From positions 1,860,001 to 1,924,000 of the forward strand of contig NC_042999.1 of the NCBI RefSeq assembly GCF_006345805.1: a stretch of 64,000 nucleotides of DNA, written 5' to 3'. The notes below the pieces were generated by a model. That model was not told the origin of the DNA. It searched no databases and saw only the letters and a program-made list of their open reading frames with translations. The DNA comes from Octopus sinensis (Eukaryota). A program made the position numbers and the translations under genes. Positions 39,620-53,756 of the stretch are shown one piece after another. Numbering within the stretch: position 1 is the first letter of the stretch; every line of letters begins with the position of its first letter.

Positions 39620-41430
39620 GTATAAAAGATAAGAAATTCCTCACAAAGAGAAGCTCATCTCTTAGAAATGCCTGAACCTTACGGTTATTTGAAATGATAA
39701 TAACAGCTTATTTGATCTCATGCTGAATTTAAGAGGGGATAAAACAAATAATTACTGATTAAGGAGGTGAGGACGAACACGATAGAGAGATGCTTAGGAG
39801 GAGAAGATGGACAAATAGATGTGGATGAAAATCGCATTAGCAATTGCATAGATAACTGAAGAATCACTACCCAGAAACTGTTGAATTCTTCGTGGTTTAA
39901 CTAAAGCTGAAGGTGTTTACAGAAGATTTTGAAGAATATTCTCTTTGGAAAATGTGTGGAACAGAAGTTGGTCAAAGTCCTGGAGTTCCTTGCTCTTATC
40001 TATGTAGCAGCTTCCTATTGCTAGGAGTGGCTTAACCCGTTTGGTTTTAATAGAAGTTTTAACATATTGTATTATATTTTTGTTCCGTTCTTCGTTTATT
40101 ACATTCAAGTAGTAAACGGGTGTGTATGTGGGTATCAATGCTTTTGAATCTACGCATACTAAGATAATGTTTATTTTATCTCAAGTCCAAGATTAACACT
40201 TTGAAACAAGAGCACATCAGTTATGCTGGTAAATGCACATCCAAGCTAAACAACAATATGCAATTACCCAGTTTTGATATAATTTACTGTTATCCATCCA
40301 TCACTAACGCCTTTATAACTAAGGGCCTAAGATATCACAAAATTACATATGACCATATCTGATATAATAATGATATACAAATAATAAAGCATGCTAGAAT
40401 ATCGATGCCTTGCTTTGATGACAACATATAGAGGAAAAAGCATTATAGCAGATCTCTTTGATGTAAGCTTGGGTGCCAGAGATTCTACGGAAATTTCAAA
40501 CCTCAGTAGGATATGTATTTTGGATAAAATTCTCAATTAGTTCCATATCATTAACGGAGAAAATTATAGAGATGACGATCTTTTAATATTCAGAAATATA
40601 AACAGGCTGCTGGAGTTCAAAAAGAACTTAACCAAATTGTTGTATTAGACTTAAACCTGAAGATTACATTAGTATTAATCTCGAGATAGTCAATTTCTAA
40701 GACGTAACGTTCAACCTTGTTAATGAAAAATTCCAACGCTACATTAACCCTAATGATTCAATATTAGATAGGAACAGCCACCCACATTACAGTCTTAAAA
40801 ACCTACCAAAACCTGAAACTGCGCAAACAAATTTCCGTAATCTTGCATGACGAAGAATCATTTAATAAAGTAGCAAGTGTACACATCAATGCACTGGAAT
40901 CGTGTCGTTTCAAAGAAAGCATTAAAAATAATAGTTACACGCAAGTTAATAGGAGGAACCATAAACGGAAGATTTGTGGTATAACCCACCATTTTCGATA
41001 AATTTTACTACAAAGATAGGCCAAAACCATTCATCCCTGGAACATAAGTAAATGAAAATCTTTAATTAAATTAAAGACTGCTTAAAATAAGCTACTCGAC
41101 ATTAATGTTTGCTAATAATGTAACTTTCTTTAAATATAAGAAAATAAAGAAGTTTAAATCTTTGGAACTCAACCAATAGAATATGGAAATGCAATCGTCG
41201 CTCTCAATGTATGTAAACTGAAGGCAGATATTAGTTATATATGCAGCTCCTGTTAATATAGCATTAACTAATATGTTTTTGATTATATTAGTATGGCTAT
41301 GAACCAATTTAAAGGCTGGTTTCATCAACATAGGTATGCATTTAGAACATTACAAAGAAAAATATACACAAGAATAAGAGAAATAATATCCTCAATCATA
41401 TCAAATGGTAAACTTAAATCTCTAAGTAAT
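39620..41430 (+). pseudogene. Decayed Penelope-like element (RT + GIY-YIG endonuclease), Naiad-like
   Basis: Ordered motifs across frameshifts: SFDIIYCYPSI (~40270), FDVSLGARDSTEI (~40455), YRDDDL (~40566), IVNF*DVTFNL (~40687), SHPHYSLKNLP (~40776), WYNPPFS (~40977), DYISMAMNQFKGWFHQHRYAFR (~41281). The 5' boundary is approximate. Confidence 0.8.
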
Positions 41431-41444
41431 GAATTATCATCTCT

Positions 41445-41908
<464 letters not shown>

Positions 41909-42097
41909 TTTCGCTGTAGACTAGTTTTCGGTAGATACCTATTTAAAATATTCAGTGACCCAATAATGGAGGCAACATGAAATTCTCATAGAACCAGCAA
42001 TAATCTTTGGATTTTCATTTTTAGTCACTTTATACGATATTCTCTGGATAGGTTAAAAGCGACCTCATTTCTTTAATAAAAATCAATAAGCATCTAC

Positions 42098-42139
<42 letters not shown>

Positions 42140-42542
42140 TGTGAAATCAGGTGGCATATCGTTTATTGCGTTGAACTTATGATAGATAGTCACGTTCGAA
42201 ACGGCCAGAATGTATTAAAAACGAATAGATATATTATTGTTTGGATTCTCACTCTTCTGTGAGCATCCTATGAATTATTCCTTAAAATTATAGTTGCCAA
42301 ATATATTCAATAAAGAATTTTATCATTGGAAAAGAAAGAAAATATTTTCCATATCGGCTCTGGCATAGCTGAGGTTAAGAAGCTCATTTTGCATCCGCAT
42401 GGCTTCAGGTTCAATCCTATTGCATGGTACCTTGGACAAGTGTTTTTCTACAATAGCTCCAAACGGATTAAATGCCTCATGAATGATTTGTTTGATGGAA
42501 ACTGTGTGAAAACCCATCATACATATATGTGTGTGTGTATGA

Positions 42543-42591
<49 letters not shown>

Positions 42592-42934
42592 TATCAACCC
42601 CACCACTTGTCAACTGGTGCATCCTCGTAACTTAGCAGTTCAGCCTAAGAGACCAATAGAATAAGCATTAGATTTTAAAATAATTACTAGATTCGATTTA
42701 TTTGACCAAACCCGTCAAGGCAGTGCCTCAGCATGGCCACAGGCCAGTTATTAAAACAAGTAAAGGACAAATGATAAACAAAGAAAAAAAGAAGATAATT
42801 TTCGTTATTTCATTTGAACCTCACCACGTTTCCTCACCCCTACACCAAGACATAAATTAGAGCAAGTGAACACCAGCAAATAATTATTATTTCAAGAATT
42901 CTTTTTCCTAATACAAAACGATGACGTCAGTACC

Positions 42935-44923
42935 TATTTCTTAACTACCCACAAGGGGCTAAACACAGAGTGGACAAACAAGGACAGACAAACGGATTAA
43001 GTCGATTACATTGACCGCAGTGTGTAACTGGTACTTATTTAATCGACTCCGAAAGGATGAAAGGCAAAGTCGACCTCGGCGGAATTTGAACTCAGAACAT
43101 AGCAGCAGACGAAATACCTATTTCTTTATTACCCACAACGGGCTAAACACAGAGAGGACAAACAAGGACAGACAAAGGGATGAAGTCAATTACATCGACC
43201 CCAGTGCGTAACTGGTACTTAATTTTTTGACCCCGAAAGGATGAAAGGCAAAGTCGACCTCCGCGGAATTTGAACTCAGAAAATAATGGCAGACAAAATA
43301 CCTTTTTCTTTACTACCCACAAGGGGCTAAACACAGAGAGGAAAAATGGATTAAGTCGATTATATTGACCCCAGTGCGTAACTGGTACTTATTTAATCGA
43401 CCCCGAAAGGATGAAAGGCAAAGTCGACCTCGGCGGAATTTGAACTCAGAACATAATGGCAGACAAAATACCTTTTTCTTTACTACCCACAAGGGGCTAA
43501 ACACAGAGAGGAAAAATGGATTAATTCGATTATATTGACTCCAGTGCGTAACTGGTACTTATTTAATCGACCCCGAAAGGATTGAAAGGCAAAGTCGACC
43601 TCGGCGGAATTTGAACTCAGAACATAGCAGCAGACGAAATACCTATTTTTTTATTACCCACACGGGCTAAACACAGAGGGGATGAACAAGGACAGACAAG
43701 GGATGAAGTCAATTACATCGACCCCAGTGCGTAACTGGTACTTAATTTTTGACCCCGAAAGGATGAAAGGCAAAGTCGACCTCCGCGGAATTTGAACTCA
43801 GAACATAATGGCAGACAAAATACCTTTTTCTTTACTACCCACAAGGGGCTAAACACAGAGAGGAAAAATGGATTAAGTCGATTATATTGACCCCAGTGCG
43901 TAACTGGTACTTATTTAATCGACCCCGAAAGGATGAAAGGCAAAGTCGACCTCGGCGGAATTTGAACTCAGAACATAATGGCAGACAAAATACCTTTTTC
44001 TTTACTACCCACAAGGGGCTAAACACAGAGAGGAAAAATGGATTAATTCGATTATATTGACTCCAGTGCGTAACTGGTACTTATTTAATCGACCCCGAAA
44101 GGATTGAAAGGCAAAGTCGACCTCGGCGGAATTTGAACTCAGAACATAGCAGCAGACGAAATACCTATTTTTTTATTACCCACACGGGCTAAACACAGAG
44201 GGGATGAACAAGGACAGACAAGGGATGAAGTCAATTACATCGACCCCAGTGCGTAACTGGTACTTAATTTTTGACCCCGAAAGGATGAAAGGCAAAGTCG
44301 ACCTCCGCGGAATTTGAACTCAGAAAAATAATGGCAGACAAAATACCTTTTTCTTTACTACCCACAAGGGGCTAAACACAGAGAGGAAAAATGGATTAAG
44401 TCGATTATATTGACCCCAGTGCGTAACTGGTACTTATTTAATCGACCCCGAAAGGATGAAAGGCAAAGTCGACCTCGGCGGAATTTGAACTCAGAACATA
44501 ATGGCAGACAAAATACCTTTTTCTTTACTACCCACAAGGGGCTAAACACAGAGAGGAAAAATGGATTAATTCGATTATATTGACTCCAGTGCGTAACTGG
44601 TACTTATTTAATCGACCCCGAAAGGATGAAAGGCAAAGTCGACCTCGGCGGAATTTGAACTCAGAACATAGCAGCAGACGAAATACCTATTTCTTTATTA
44701 CCCACAACGGGCTAAACACAGAGGGGATGAACAAGGACAGACAAAGGGATTAAGTCGATTACATCGACCCCAGTGCGTAACTGGTACTTAATTTATCGAC
44801 CCTGAAGGGATGAAAGGCAAAGTCGACCTCGGCGGAATTTGAACTCAGAATGTAACGGCAGACGAAATACGGCAACAACGCATTTCGCCCGGCGTGCTAA
44901 CCATTCTGCCAGCTCGCTGCCTT
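42935..44923 (-). repeat. S2-SINE-derived tandem array: 11 monomers, ABC higher-order repeat, flanked by a 16-bp TSD
   Basis: Monomer starts at 42933, 43117, 43301, 43471, 43642, 43823, 43993, 44164, 44346, 44516 and 44686 (170-184 bp). A single tRNA head lies at ~44870-44923. Flanks are CGATGACGTCAGTACC (42919-42934) and CGATGATGTCAGTACC (44924-44939). Confidence 0.95.
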
Positions 44924-45871
44924 CGATGATGTCAGTACCATAATATTGTACATCTCAACACAGTAACAAAGCTTGGCATTTAGGTTTTACTTTTTCTTTT
45001 TTTTTTTTTCATATATATTTTCTACATTGTAATCGTTGAAAATAAACGCAGTCAACTAAATTCGAATTTATCACAAGTAACCCATTTGTCTTTCAATTCA
45101 GCAGAACAAATGTAGTTTAGCTGTCAGTAAGAAAGCAACAACAACAACAACAACAACAACACAGAGCTAACGCTTAGCTGTAGAATAAAATGGCATATCT
45201 CAAGAGGGAGAGACAGAGACTAAACTCTGAAATCTCAAGTGGCAGAAATGTTGGAAAATTCCGCAACAAAGACAGACACATTCGAGCTACAACATGTGAC
45301 AACAGGAATTGAATGGAAGAACTACAATAGGTCACTGGAAAGAACTGGGGGAACAGAAATGGTATGGAATTTTACGTAGAGAATAAGAAAGAACACAGAA
45401 TGCGATAGATTGATTGTGTAGAAAAAGACATGACATTGCCTTTAGATTAACTACATCTGTACTGACCTGGTGAACAATATTAACTTTGAAGTATGATTTA
45501 AAGTTATACCTTTTAGCTATTCACCGATGTACCAGCTGGTTATTGCTCCTTCTGTGTGTGTGTTCTGTGTGTGATTGTGTGTGTTATGCGGTGGTGGCCT
45601 CTATGGAGAGGGACAATAACAAAAGGAATATGTCTGCTCATCTGTCTAGCTGTAGTATTTAGCCAATATTTTATTGCTTGTGATTCTGAATACTATCTAC
45701 AAGCACACACACACACACACACGCGCGCGCACAAACACACACACAAACACACACACATACACACACACATGTATGTATATATATATATACGTGTGTGTGT
45801 ATGCGTGTGTGCTTGCAGATGGTATTCAGAATCACACACACACACACACACACACACATGTATGTATATAC

Positions 45872-45915
<44 letters not shown>

Positions 45916-46067
45916 ACACGCACATTACACATGTGTGAAATACACAGTTCTAAAATAGAATATATTGGTATAGCAATTACATAAAGAGAAAGAGTAGCGA
46001 TATGTGTGTGTGTGTGTATGCATATATGACTACACACACATAAATACACTCACACATACACACACAT

Positions 46068-46330
46068 ACAGGATCTTTTCAGTTTGAAGGCCAGATTTTC
46101 CTAGTCAACTAAACAATTTGAAACTTCGTATACTGGTAGAATGTGTCAAAAGAAAACATAATTGTAAACCAAAATGAAAACGGAATTGTAATTTCTAAGT
46201 TTAACGTTGTTTAATAATTCGAATTTTAACCAATGATTCTTTCCGACCTCATATTATTACTGCTTCTCAAAATATTGTTACTATGACGTAAACAGCTATT
46301 TTGTGACGTAGTTAACGTAAACATGTAAAC
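46068..46330 (+). mobile_element. Unclassified dispersed element beginning GGATCTTTTCAGTTTGAAGGCCAGATT
   Basis: Related copies at 51513-51977(+) and 61520-61600(+), and reverse-complemented at ~63860-64000. Some copies carry (TAACCC)n-like runs. Confidence 0.7.
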
Positions 46331-47248
46331 AGACCTACAGATTCGTTTGTGACCCGTAAACATCCGTTCATCGTAAATAGCTAAATTCACTTGGCATCGT
46401 ACACAGCTTTTTCAGTTCCCTAGAATTATATTTCAAAGAAATAAAAAGAAAAAGATTCATACGCATAAATATCCATCCTTAGAATCAGAAAATGAGTGTT
46501 TAAATTATTTTCCATTGTTTGCATTGCTTACACACACACACACACACACACACATACATACACACATACTAAAATTACATCGTTGGAGCAGTAATTTATT
46601 TATGTATCTTTTGTTATACAATTTATTTTAAAGCTGAATTCCTATCCTGCTATTAACCCCTTTCTTATAAAATAGTTGAAGAATCTGGAGTGTAGGTATT
46701 GGGCCAGTATTGGAACTTTTAACTTCTTGCTCTCTATCTTATGATCTCCGAACTTTAAGAATCTTGTGTTAACTGGGCTCTTATTATTTACTCTGACTCT
46801 GCCACCACCTCAATGCAAAGACTATCAATATCAGAATCATCTTCACAACCACCACCACAACCATTACTACAACCTCCAATGCCACCACCACAACCATCTT
46901 CTGCAACCACAACCCCAAGACCAATACCAGCATCATATTCAAAATCACCAATTTCACCACCACTACACTCTGCAATGTCTTCAACACTACCATCCATGAG
47001 ACATCCTAACATAATCAATGCTACTACTACTATCATCATCATTATCATTATCATCCACTGCCGCCGCCACCACCACCACCTCTACAAAAACACCAACACG
47101 ATAATTTCTGCCATCATACACATCCACTGTCACCACTACACCACCACTGCCATGAAACCACATCTACCACCTCCAACACCATTGCCACCACTATCTATGA
47201 GACATCCTAAGTTAGATACTACTTTCATTTCTAGTTGCTCTTGAGTTA

Positions 47249-47622
47249 TCTTTATATATAAAAGTAAGGTTGTGCTGTCTGTCTCCTACGATTTAGATTC
47301 CTAATACTCCACATTTTGCGGTGCAGTTTAACCAAAACCGGGTATCTTATAGTCGTGATTATATCGAGCCCTTCTGGGTATTAGCGCACGTCTACGATGA
47401 GTCTACGATTTTAAAAATAATTTACCACATTTTTTTCCATTTTCATGCATATTTTTTAAGGGAAGTAACTCTCTAAAAATGTCTACGATGAGTCAACGAT
47501 TTAAAAAAAAATTTACCATCATATTTTTTCCATTTTTTTGCTATTTTTTGGCTATAAATCTCTAAAAATGCTGTATAGTTATTTCCCTTACAAACCCGAG
47601 CAACGCCGGGCGATACTGCTAG
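47249..47622 (+). mobile_element. Complete non-autonomous Helitron
   Basis: 5' TC preceded by A (47248), 3' hairpin CCCGAGCAACGCCGGG, terminal CTAG (47619-47622) followed by T: the canonical A|T target with no TSD. Confidence 0.9.
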
Positions 47623-48479
47623 TGGTGAATAAAGAAATAGTCTACATATTTAACGCATTTAAACAAACATTATAGAAACTATAGAACTATAGAACGAAAT
47701 CCAAGACATAATCTATTAGACATGCAAGAGTTTATATTATTCGCTAGTCATTCGGTCGACAAACTTTGGAACAAGATTAAAGACAATAATCTATTATATG
47801 GAGAAATTATGATGCAACGAAAAACTCGCGTTAGTTATATGAAAGATATTTACTATTTGCCTAACTTCACTTAGGAGCGCTCCGTCGGTTGCGACGATGA
47901 GGGTCCCAGCTGATACGATCAGCGGAACAGCTTGCTCGTGATATTAATGTGCAAGTGGCTGAGCCCTCCACAGACACGTGTACCCTTAACGTAGTTCTCG
48001 AGGAGATTCAGCGTGACACAGAGTGTGACAAGCCTGGCCCTTTGAAATACAGGTAAAACAGAAACAGGAAGTAAGAGTGAGAGAAAGTTGTGGTGAAAGA
48101 GTACAGCAGGGATCACCACCATCCCCTGCCGGGGCCTCGTGGAGCTTTTAGGTGTTTTCGCTCAATAAACACTCACAATGCCCGGTCTGGAAATCAAAAC
48201 CGCGATCCTCCGACCGCGAGTCCGCTGCCCTAACCACTGGGCCATTGCGCCTCCACCTAACTTCTCTATCATCACACCATACATACATACATAATGGCTG
48301 CCCCCTCGTTATCGAGTATGGCCATTGCACGAAACTTAACTGTTATTGGTGCTGTGATCGAATGTGACTTTTATTTGCTTTTTAAGGCTACAGCCCGCCA
48401 TTCAATTGAGACTCACAGCACCATCAACAATCATGAACAATGTTGTTATCGTGCAATGCCTGTGCAAGAAGATTTTTTT

Positions 48480-48945
48480 TAAGTGAGGAAAGGCTGTGCA
48501 CTGAGTCAATCCCACTCACTAAGCAACAGCAGCCATAATCCGAAAAGGAGAACAAGTCAACATCATCGGTAACCACTGAGCCGCAGATTTTAGTTTGGAG
48601 TTATCCCAGTTACCTGAGTTACCTTCTCCTAGAAGGATGCCCTAACAAAGGCTAGGAGTCTTTCACTCCCAATAGTTTAACCGCGCGATCGGGTATTCAG
48701 TCCAATTATTTCTATGTCCCCGCGCATGATACAGCCCTGAGACATTTATTGGATGGCCGTTGACTCTCAAGAGTTCCTCCGCCCTTTGACGGGTTTTGTT
48801 TTTCTTCCCGCAGGGTATCCAATAAACACCCTCCTCACCAAGCAAGTTTGGTGGGGTTGCCGGTTTAGTCGCCGACGGCCCGACCATGCAACAGGTTGTA
48901 CTGGGTTACATGTTACCAGTAGCACTCTAAAGTGACCTGACATAT
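48480..48945 (-). mobile_element. Probable RTE-LINE 5'UTR fragment
   Basis: Minus strand carries GGCGACTAAACCGGCAACC and CTAGGAGAAGGTAACTC...CTCCAAAC, resembling RTE 5'UTR motifs as I recall them; not searched. Confidence 0.4.
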
Positions 48946-49017
48946 ACACGCATACATACATACATACATACATACATACATACATACATACATACACACA
49001 CACATACATACATACAT

Positions 49018-49048
<31 letters not shown>

Positions 49049-49251
49049 TACATACATACATACATACATACACACACACATACATACATACATTACATAC
49101 AAACATACATACATTACATACATACATACATACATAAATACAAACATACATACATACATACATACATACATACACACACACACATACATACACACACATA
49201 CATACATACACACACACATACATACATACATTACATACAAACATACATACA

Positions 49252-49282
<31 letters not shown>

Positions 49283-49391
49283 CATACATACATACATACA
49301 TGCATGCATACATACATACATACACAAACACACACACACACATACATACATACATACATACACACACACATACATTACATACATACATACA

Positions 49392-49422
<31 letters not shown>

Positions 49423-49864
49423 CATACATACATGCACACACACACACATACATACATACATACATACATCATACATACATACTGTTGTAAAGTGGGTTTC
49501 TCCCACCAGTTTGATGTGTGTGACTGCCATGTATGGTAGTACTGTTTACACTAGTAGCCACAATAGTAACTAGTCATCGGATACCGTTGTATCTCTTTGT
49601 ACTGGAATAGTAATACAGCAACTTCCTCTGTCTTACTATCGCTGATTGCTCCACAAGACACGACTAGAAATATCGACTCTCAACTCTTTGACTCTCGACC
49701 CTCTCGTGACAAACTAGTTACTGGTCTATTATAATGGCTGGTTCCTACCACTTTTTACAAGGAGGGGGGTAAACAGTTTCACTAGCATCTCCCCTTTTAT
49801 CATTTTATTTAACAATCAATTTCTTTTATTGATTCCACCTCCTCTTTTTTTTTTATATACTCAA

Positions 49865-50372
49865 CTAGCAGTATCGCCCAGCAGCGTGCTCGGGTTTGTA
49901 AAGGAAATAACTATAATGCATTTTAGAGGAGTTACTTCCCTTATAGATGCCAATTCGGGCTCTTTAGCCATTTCTGTTTTGGTGTCTTCAAGCCATGAAA
50001 TCGTTGTTCTAAAAGAACGCTGGTCTCATTGAAACGCATTACGACGTTAATTTCCTTACACTCCCTTCCCCACAGCTTCACGAGGGAGGGAAGAAGGGGG
50101 AGAAGCAACACAGGTGCAGATGTGAGCGTTGACGCCAACTCCGCCGCCATTGACACACGAAAAAATATGCATTAAAATGGAATAAAAAATTATGTTAAAT
50201 TATTTTAAAAATCGTAGACTCATCGTAGACGCGCGCTAATACCCAGACGGGCTCGATGGGAATCACGACTATAAGATACCCAAATTTGGTTAAACTGCAC
50301 CGCAAAATGTGGGAGTAGTTAGGAATCTAAATCGAAGAGGACAGACACTCACACAGCTACAGTTTTATATAT
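49865..50372 (-). mobile_element. Non-autonomous Helitron, same family as 47249-47622
   Basis: 3' CTAG at 49865-49868 with the adjacent hairpin remnant. The 5' part (TATATATAAAACTGT...GATTTAGATTCCTAACTACTCCCACATTTTGCGGTGCAG) abuts an S1 SINE at 50374-50758 and the 5' TC is lost. It has a different internal segment. Confidence 0.85.
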
Positions 50373-50373
50373 A

Positions 50374-50758
50374 CTCTTTTTTACTTGTTTCAGTCATTTG
50401 AGTGCGGCCATGCTGGAGCACCGCCTTTTGTCGAGCAAATCGACCCCGGGACTTATTCTTTGTAAGCCCAGAGTACTTATTCTATCGGTCTCTTTTGCCG
50501 AACGCTAAGTGACGGGGACGTAAACACACCAGCATCGTTGTCAAGCAATGGTGGGGGGGAGGGACAAACAGACACACATATATACATATATATATGACGG
50601 GCTTCTTTCAGTTTCCGTCTCTACCAAATCACTCACAAGGCTTTGGTGGCCCGAGGGTTAGTAGAAGACACTTTCCCAAGATGCCACGCAGTGGGACTGA
50701 ACCCGGAACCATGTGGTTGGTTAGCAAGCTACTTACCACACAGCCACTCCTGCGCCTA
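50374..50758 (-). mobile_element. SINE family S1
   Basis: Full head-to-tail copy on the minus strand. Confidence 0.9.
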
Positions 50759-51832
50759 TACTCAATATATTTTCTTCTTAGGGTCTACTTTTAAGAATTC
50801 AATGTTCTTTCTTTTTCTTGTTCGTGTGGTTTCGACTTCTTGTTGGAACCTGAAAAGTGTCATAAAGCCAATCCATCAGTTTTTCTACTCTTGTTGGTTC
50901 CTTTTCTATGATTCTTTCCTTAAGCTGACTTCTATGTCCCCTTTCCATCCATTTCTGCTCCTCATCCCATACATCATTCCCTCCCTCCCTCTTTCCCCTT
51001 CCCTCTGCTCTCTCACTCCCCTGTTCCCTCACTCCCTTCTCTCTCCCCCTCTCCCTCTTTCCTCCTCCCCCTTCCTTCTCCCCTCTTATCTCCATCTCTC
51101 CCCCTCCCCTCCCCTCCCCCTCTTCTCTCTCTCCACACTACACCACACGACTTTACACATAACATCATATATTGATATGGGCCATACTAATACATACACC
51201 AACTAATACATACTAATACATACTAATACATACACCAACCCTATACATACACACGTCCAGACCTCTCATACGCACTAATACTCTCTCATACACACACACA
51301 CCACACACACCCTTATGTTGGAGTAGGTCATTCAACCCTATTATCTCCCCTAATTTCGCTCTCGCGTCTCATGTTTGATCTTTGACTTGTTAGGGGAGTA
51401 GGGGTGAAAGGATGAAGGACTGAAGAGAAGTAGGGGTCGGGGGGGGAGGGGGAGTATGTATGTTACAATTTTTCCTTCTTCCCAGTATTGTTTGCCATTT
51501 TTGTACATTCTTAGGATCTTTTCCTTTTGAAGGCCAGATTTCAACAACAATTTCTAGTTAACTAAACACTTTAAAACTTCGTATACTGGTAGAAAGAATG
51601 TGTCAAAAGAAAACATTTTTTCACTTGGCTTTTCTTGATAAATTTGTAATTCGTTTGTTTAACGTAGTTTAATTTTTCGAATTTTAACCAATCCTATGCT
51701 CTCTTGAGCTAAAATCATTTGCTGCGTCTCTAAGCTGAGACAACATCCTGTCACTACCCTAACCCTCACCTTAACCCTAATTTTTTGGTTAATTGTTAAA
51801 TTAATTTAATTGTACGCGTGTTAAAAAGACTA

Positions 51833-51977
51833 AAGCAATGGAAAATAATTTAAACAATTAACATACAAAATAATTCATATAATTTTATATACACGCTTTC
51901 CGTACGTATACGGAAAAGCGTGTGTATAAAATTATAGAATTATTTGTATGTAATTGTTTAAATTATTTCCATTGCTT
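51833..51977. repeat. 145-bp AT-rich palindrome
   Basis: Arms AAGCAATGG...CTTTCCGTA / TACGGAAAAG...CCATTGCTT with a 4-nt loop and a few indels. Confidence 0.9.
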
Positions 51978-52112
51978 GGATGACGCTCCACGAGAGATTT
52001 TGAGCTTCATAAGGAGGCGAGGGTAGGTTCCATCCAACCGCCCCTCAAGCTTCTTCGATAACGTCCAGGTTTCTGAGCCATATAGTAGAGTGGTTCGACT
52101 GTGGCTTGAAAG
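51975..52112 (-). pseudogene. RTE LINE RT C-terminal fragment
   Basis: FQATVEP..LLYGSETWTLSKKLEGRLDGTYPRLLMK with a frameshift; same family as 29209-29305. Confidence 0.75.
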
Positions 52113-52234
52113 GAACAAGATTTCAAGACGTCGATGAAATCCAAGGAAATGCGACGAGGCAGCCGCTCGCTGTTCCCAAAATGGAGATGCAGGAATGGTC
52201 CCATCAAGGGAAACGACGCTGGATAAAGTGTGTG
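52106..52234 (+). pseudogene. Mariner transposase C-terminal fragment
   Basis: Translates LKGTRFQDVDEIQGNATRQPLAVPKMEMQEWSHQGKRRWIKCV, matching the mariner LKGxRF...W..RW.KC pattern. Confidence 0.75.
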
Positions 52235-53722
52235 TCTGCGAGAGAGACTAAATGACGAGCTGGCAGAATCGTTAGCACGCCAGGCGAAATGCTTAGTGGT
52301 AGCTCGTCCGCCGCTACGTTCTGAGTTCAAATTCCGCCGAGGTCGACTTTGCCTTTCATCCTTTCGGGGTCCAGTTACGCACTGGAGTCGATATAATCGA
52401 CTTAATCCGTTTGTCTGTCCTTGTTTGTCCTCTCTGGTTTAGCCCCTTGTGGGGAGTAAAGAAATAGGTATTTCGTCTGCCGTTACGTTCTGAGTTCAAA
52501 TTCCGCTGAGGTCAACTTTGCCTTCATCCTTTCGGGGTCGATTAAATAAGTACCAGTTACGCACTGGAGTCGATATAATCGACTTAATCCGTTTGTCTGT
52601 CCTTGTTTGTCCTCTCGTGTTTAGCCCTTGTGGGCAATAAAGAAATCGGTTTAGTATGTCGTTTGTTACATCTATTTATAAACAACCTGGTGCTGTGAAT
52701 AACTTGATGCCCCGCCCAGCCTGAAACACTGATCGGTCAAGGATATACACTGCACACAAAAGAGAGGTCTTGACCACGTGTAACATAATACACTTTTCTG
52801 TCAAATATAACGAGCATGCCTCATGATCATGGATTGCGTACGCTTACAAACTTGCAAGACTTTACTGACCTATTTAAAGAACTTAAGTAATTTATCATTG
52901 TATATGTGAAGACAAAGAATAGACACCCACGCTCGTGCAATGGTCTTACGGGAGGGTTATGCACCCGCCGATACTTGGTGGGAACTAGAAAATTTTCAAG
53001 GATTAAAAATAGACGCATCGTGAATGTTTTCTTTAGCTGTGCACATTTAATGTAAAAAGTTGATTTTAGTAGTTAGGGTCACACCTGAGACAGGGGCAAG
53101 ATGCTCAAGTAAGGGTAATCCAACATCGCCACTGAACGGCCACTGTAATACGAAGGACGTCGTATACGAGGTCGTGGAGCGCGCAAGGCCCAGTGGTTAG
53201 GGCAGCGGACTCGCGGTCATAGGATCGCGGTTTCAATCCCAGACCGGGCGTTGTGAGTGGTTTTTATTGAGCGAAAAACACCTAAAAGCTCCACGAGGCT
53301 CCGGCAGGGGATTGTGGTGATCCCTGCGTACTCTTTCACCACAACTTTCTCTCACTCTTACTTCCTGTTTCTGTTGTACCTGTATTTCAATTATAATTAA
53401 ATATAAACGTATAGTAAATAAACAAACGAACACATACTAAATGCACAGGCGAACAGAAAACACACAAGGTCACAAATTCTTCATCAGTTATCAGCAAGAG
53501 GAGTCAAACGCAATTTCGGGCATTATCGATAATATTGTTTCTTTCGCTGTTCGCAAAAAAGTTCGTATTCCATATTTTCGTATTTCATGTGTTTACCTTC
53601 TGTGACGTCCTGTACCCATATACATATGTATATACATATATGTAAGTATATACATACACACATACATAATACATACATCACATACATACATACATACATA
53701 CATTAATACATACATACATACA

Positions 53723-53756
<34 letters not shown>

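Noticed and set aside
43143-44549. Repeated identical 63-aa ORFs as a gene cluster
   Set aside because: They are by-products of the SINE-derived tandem array.
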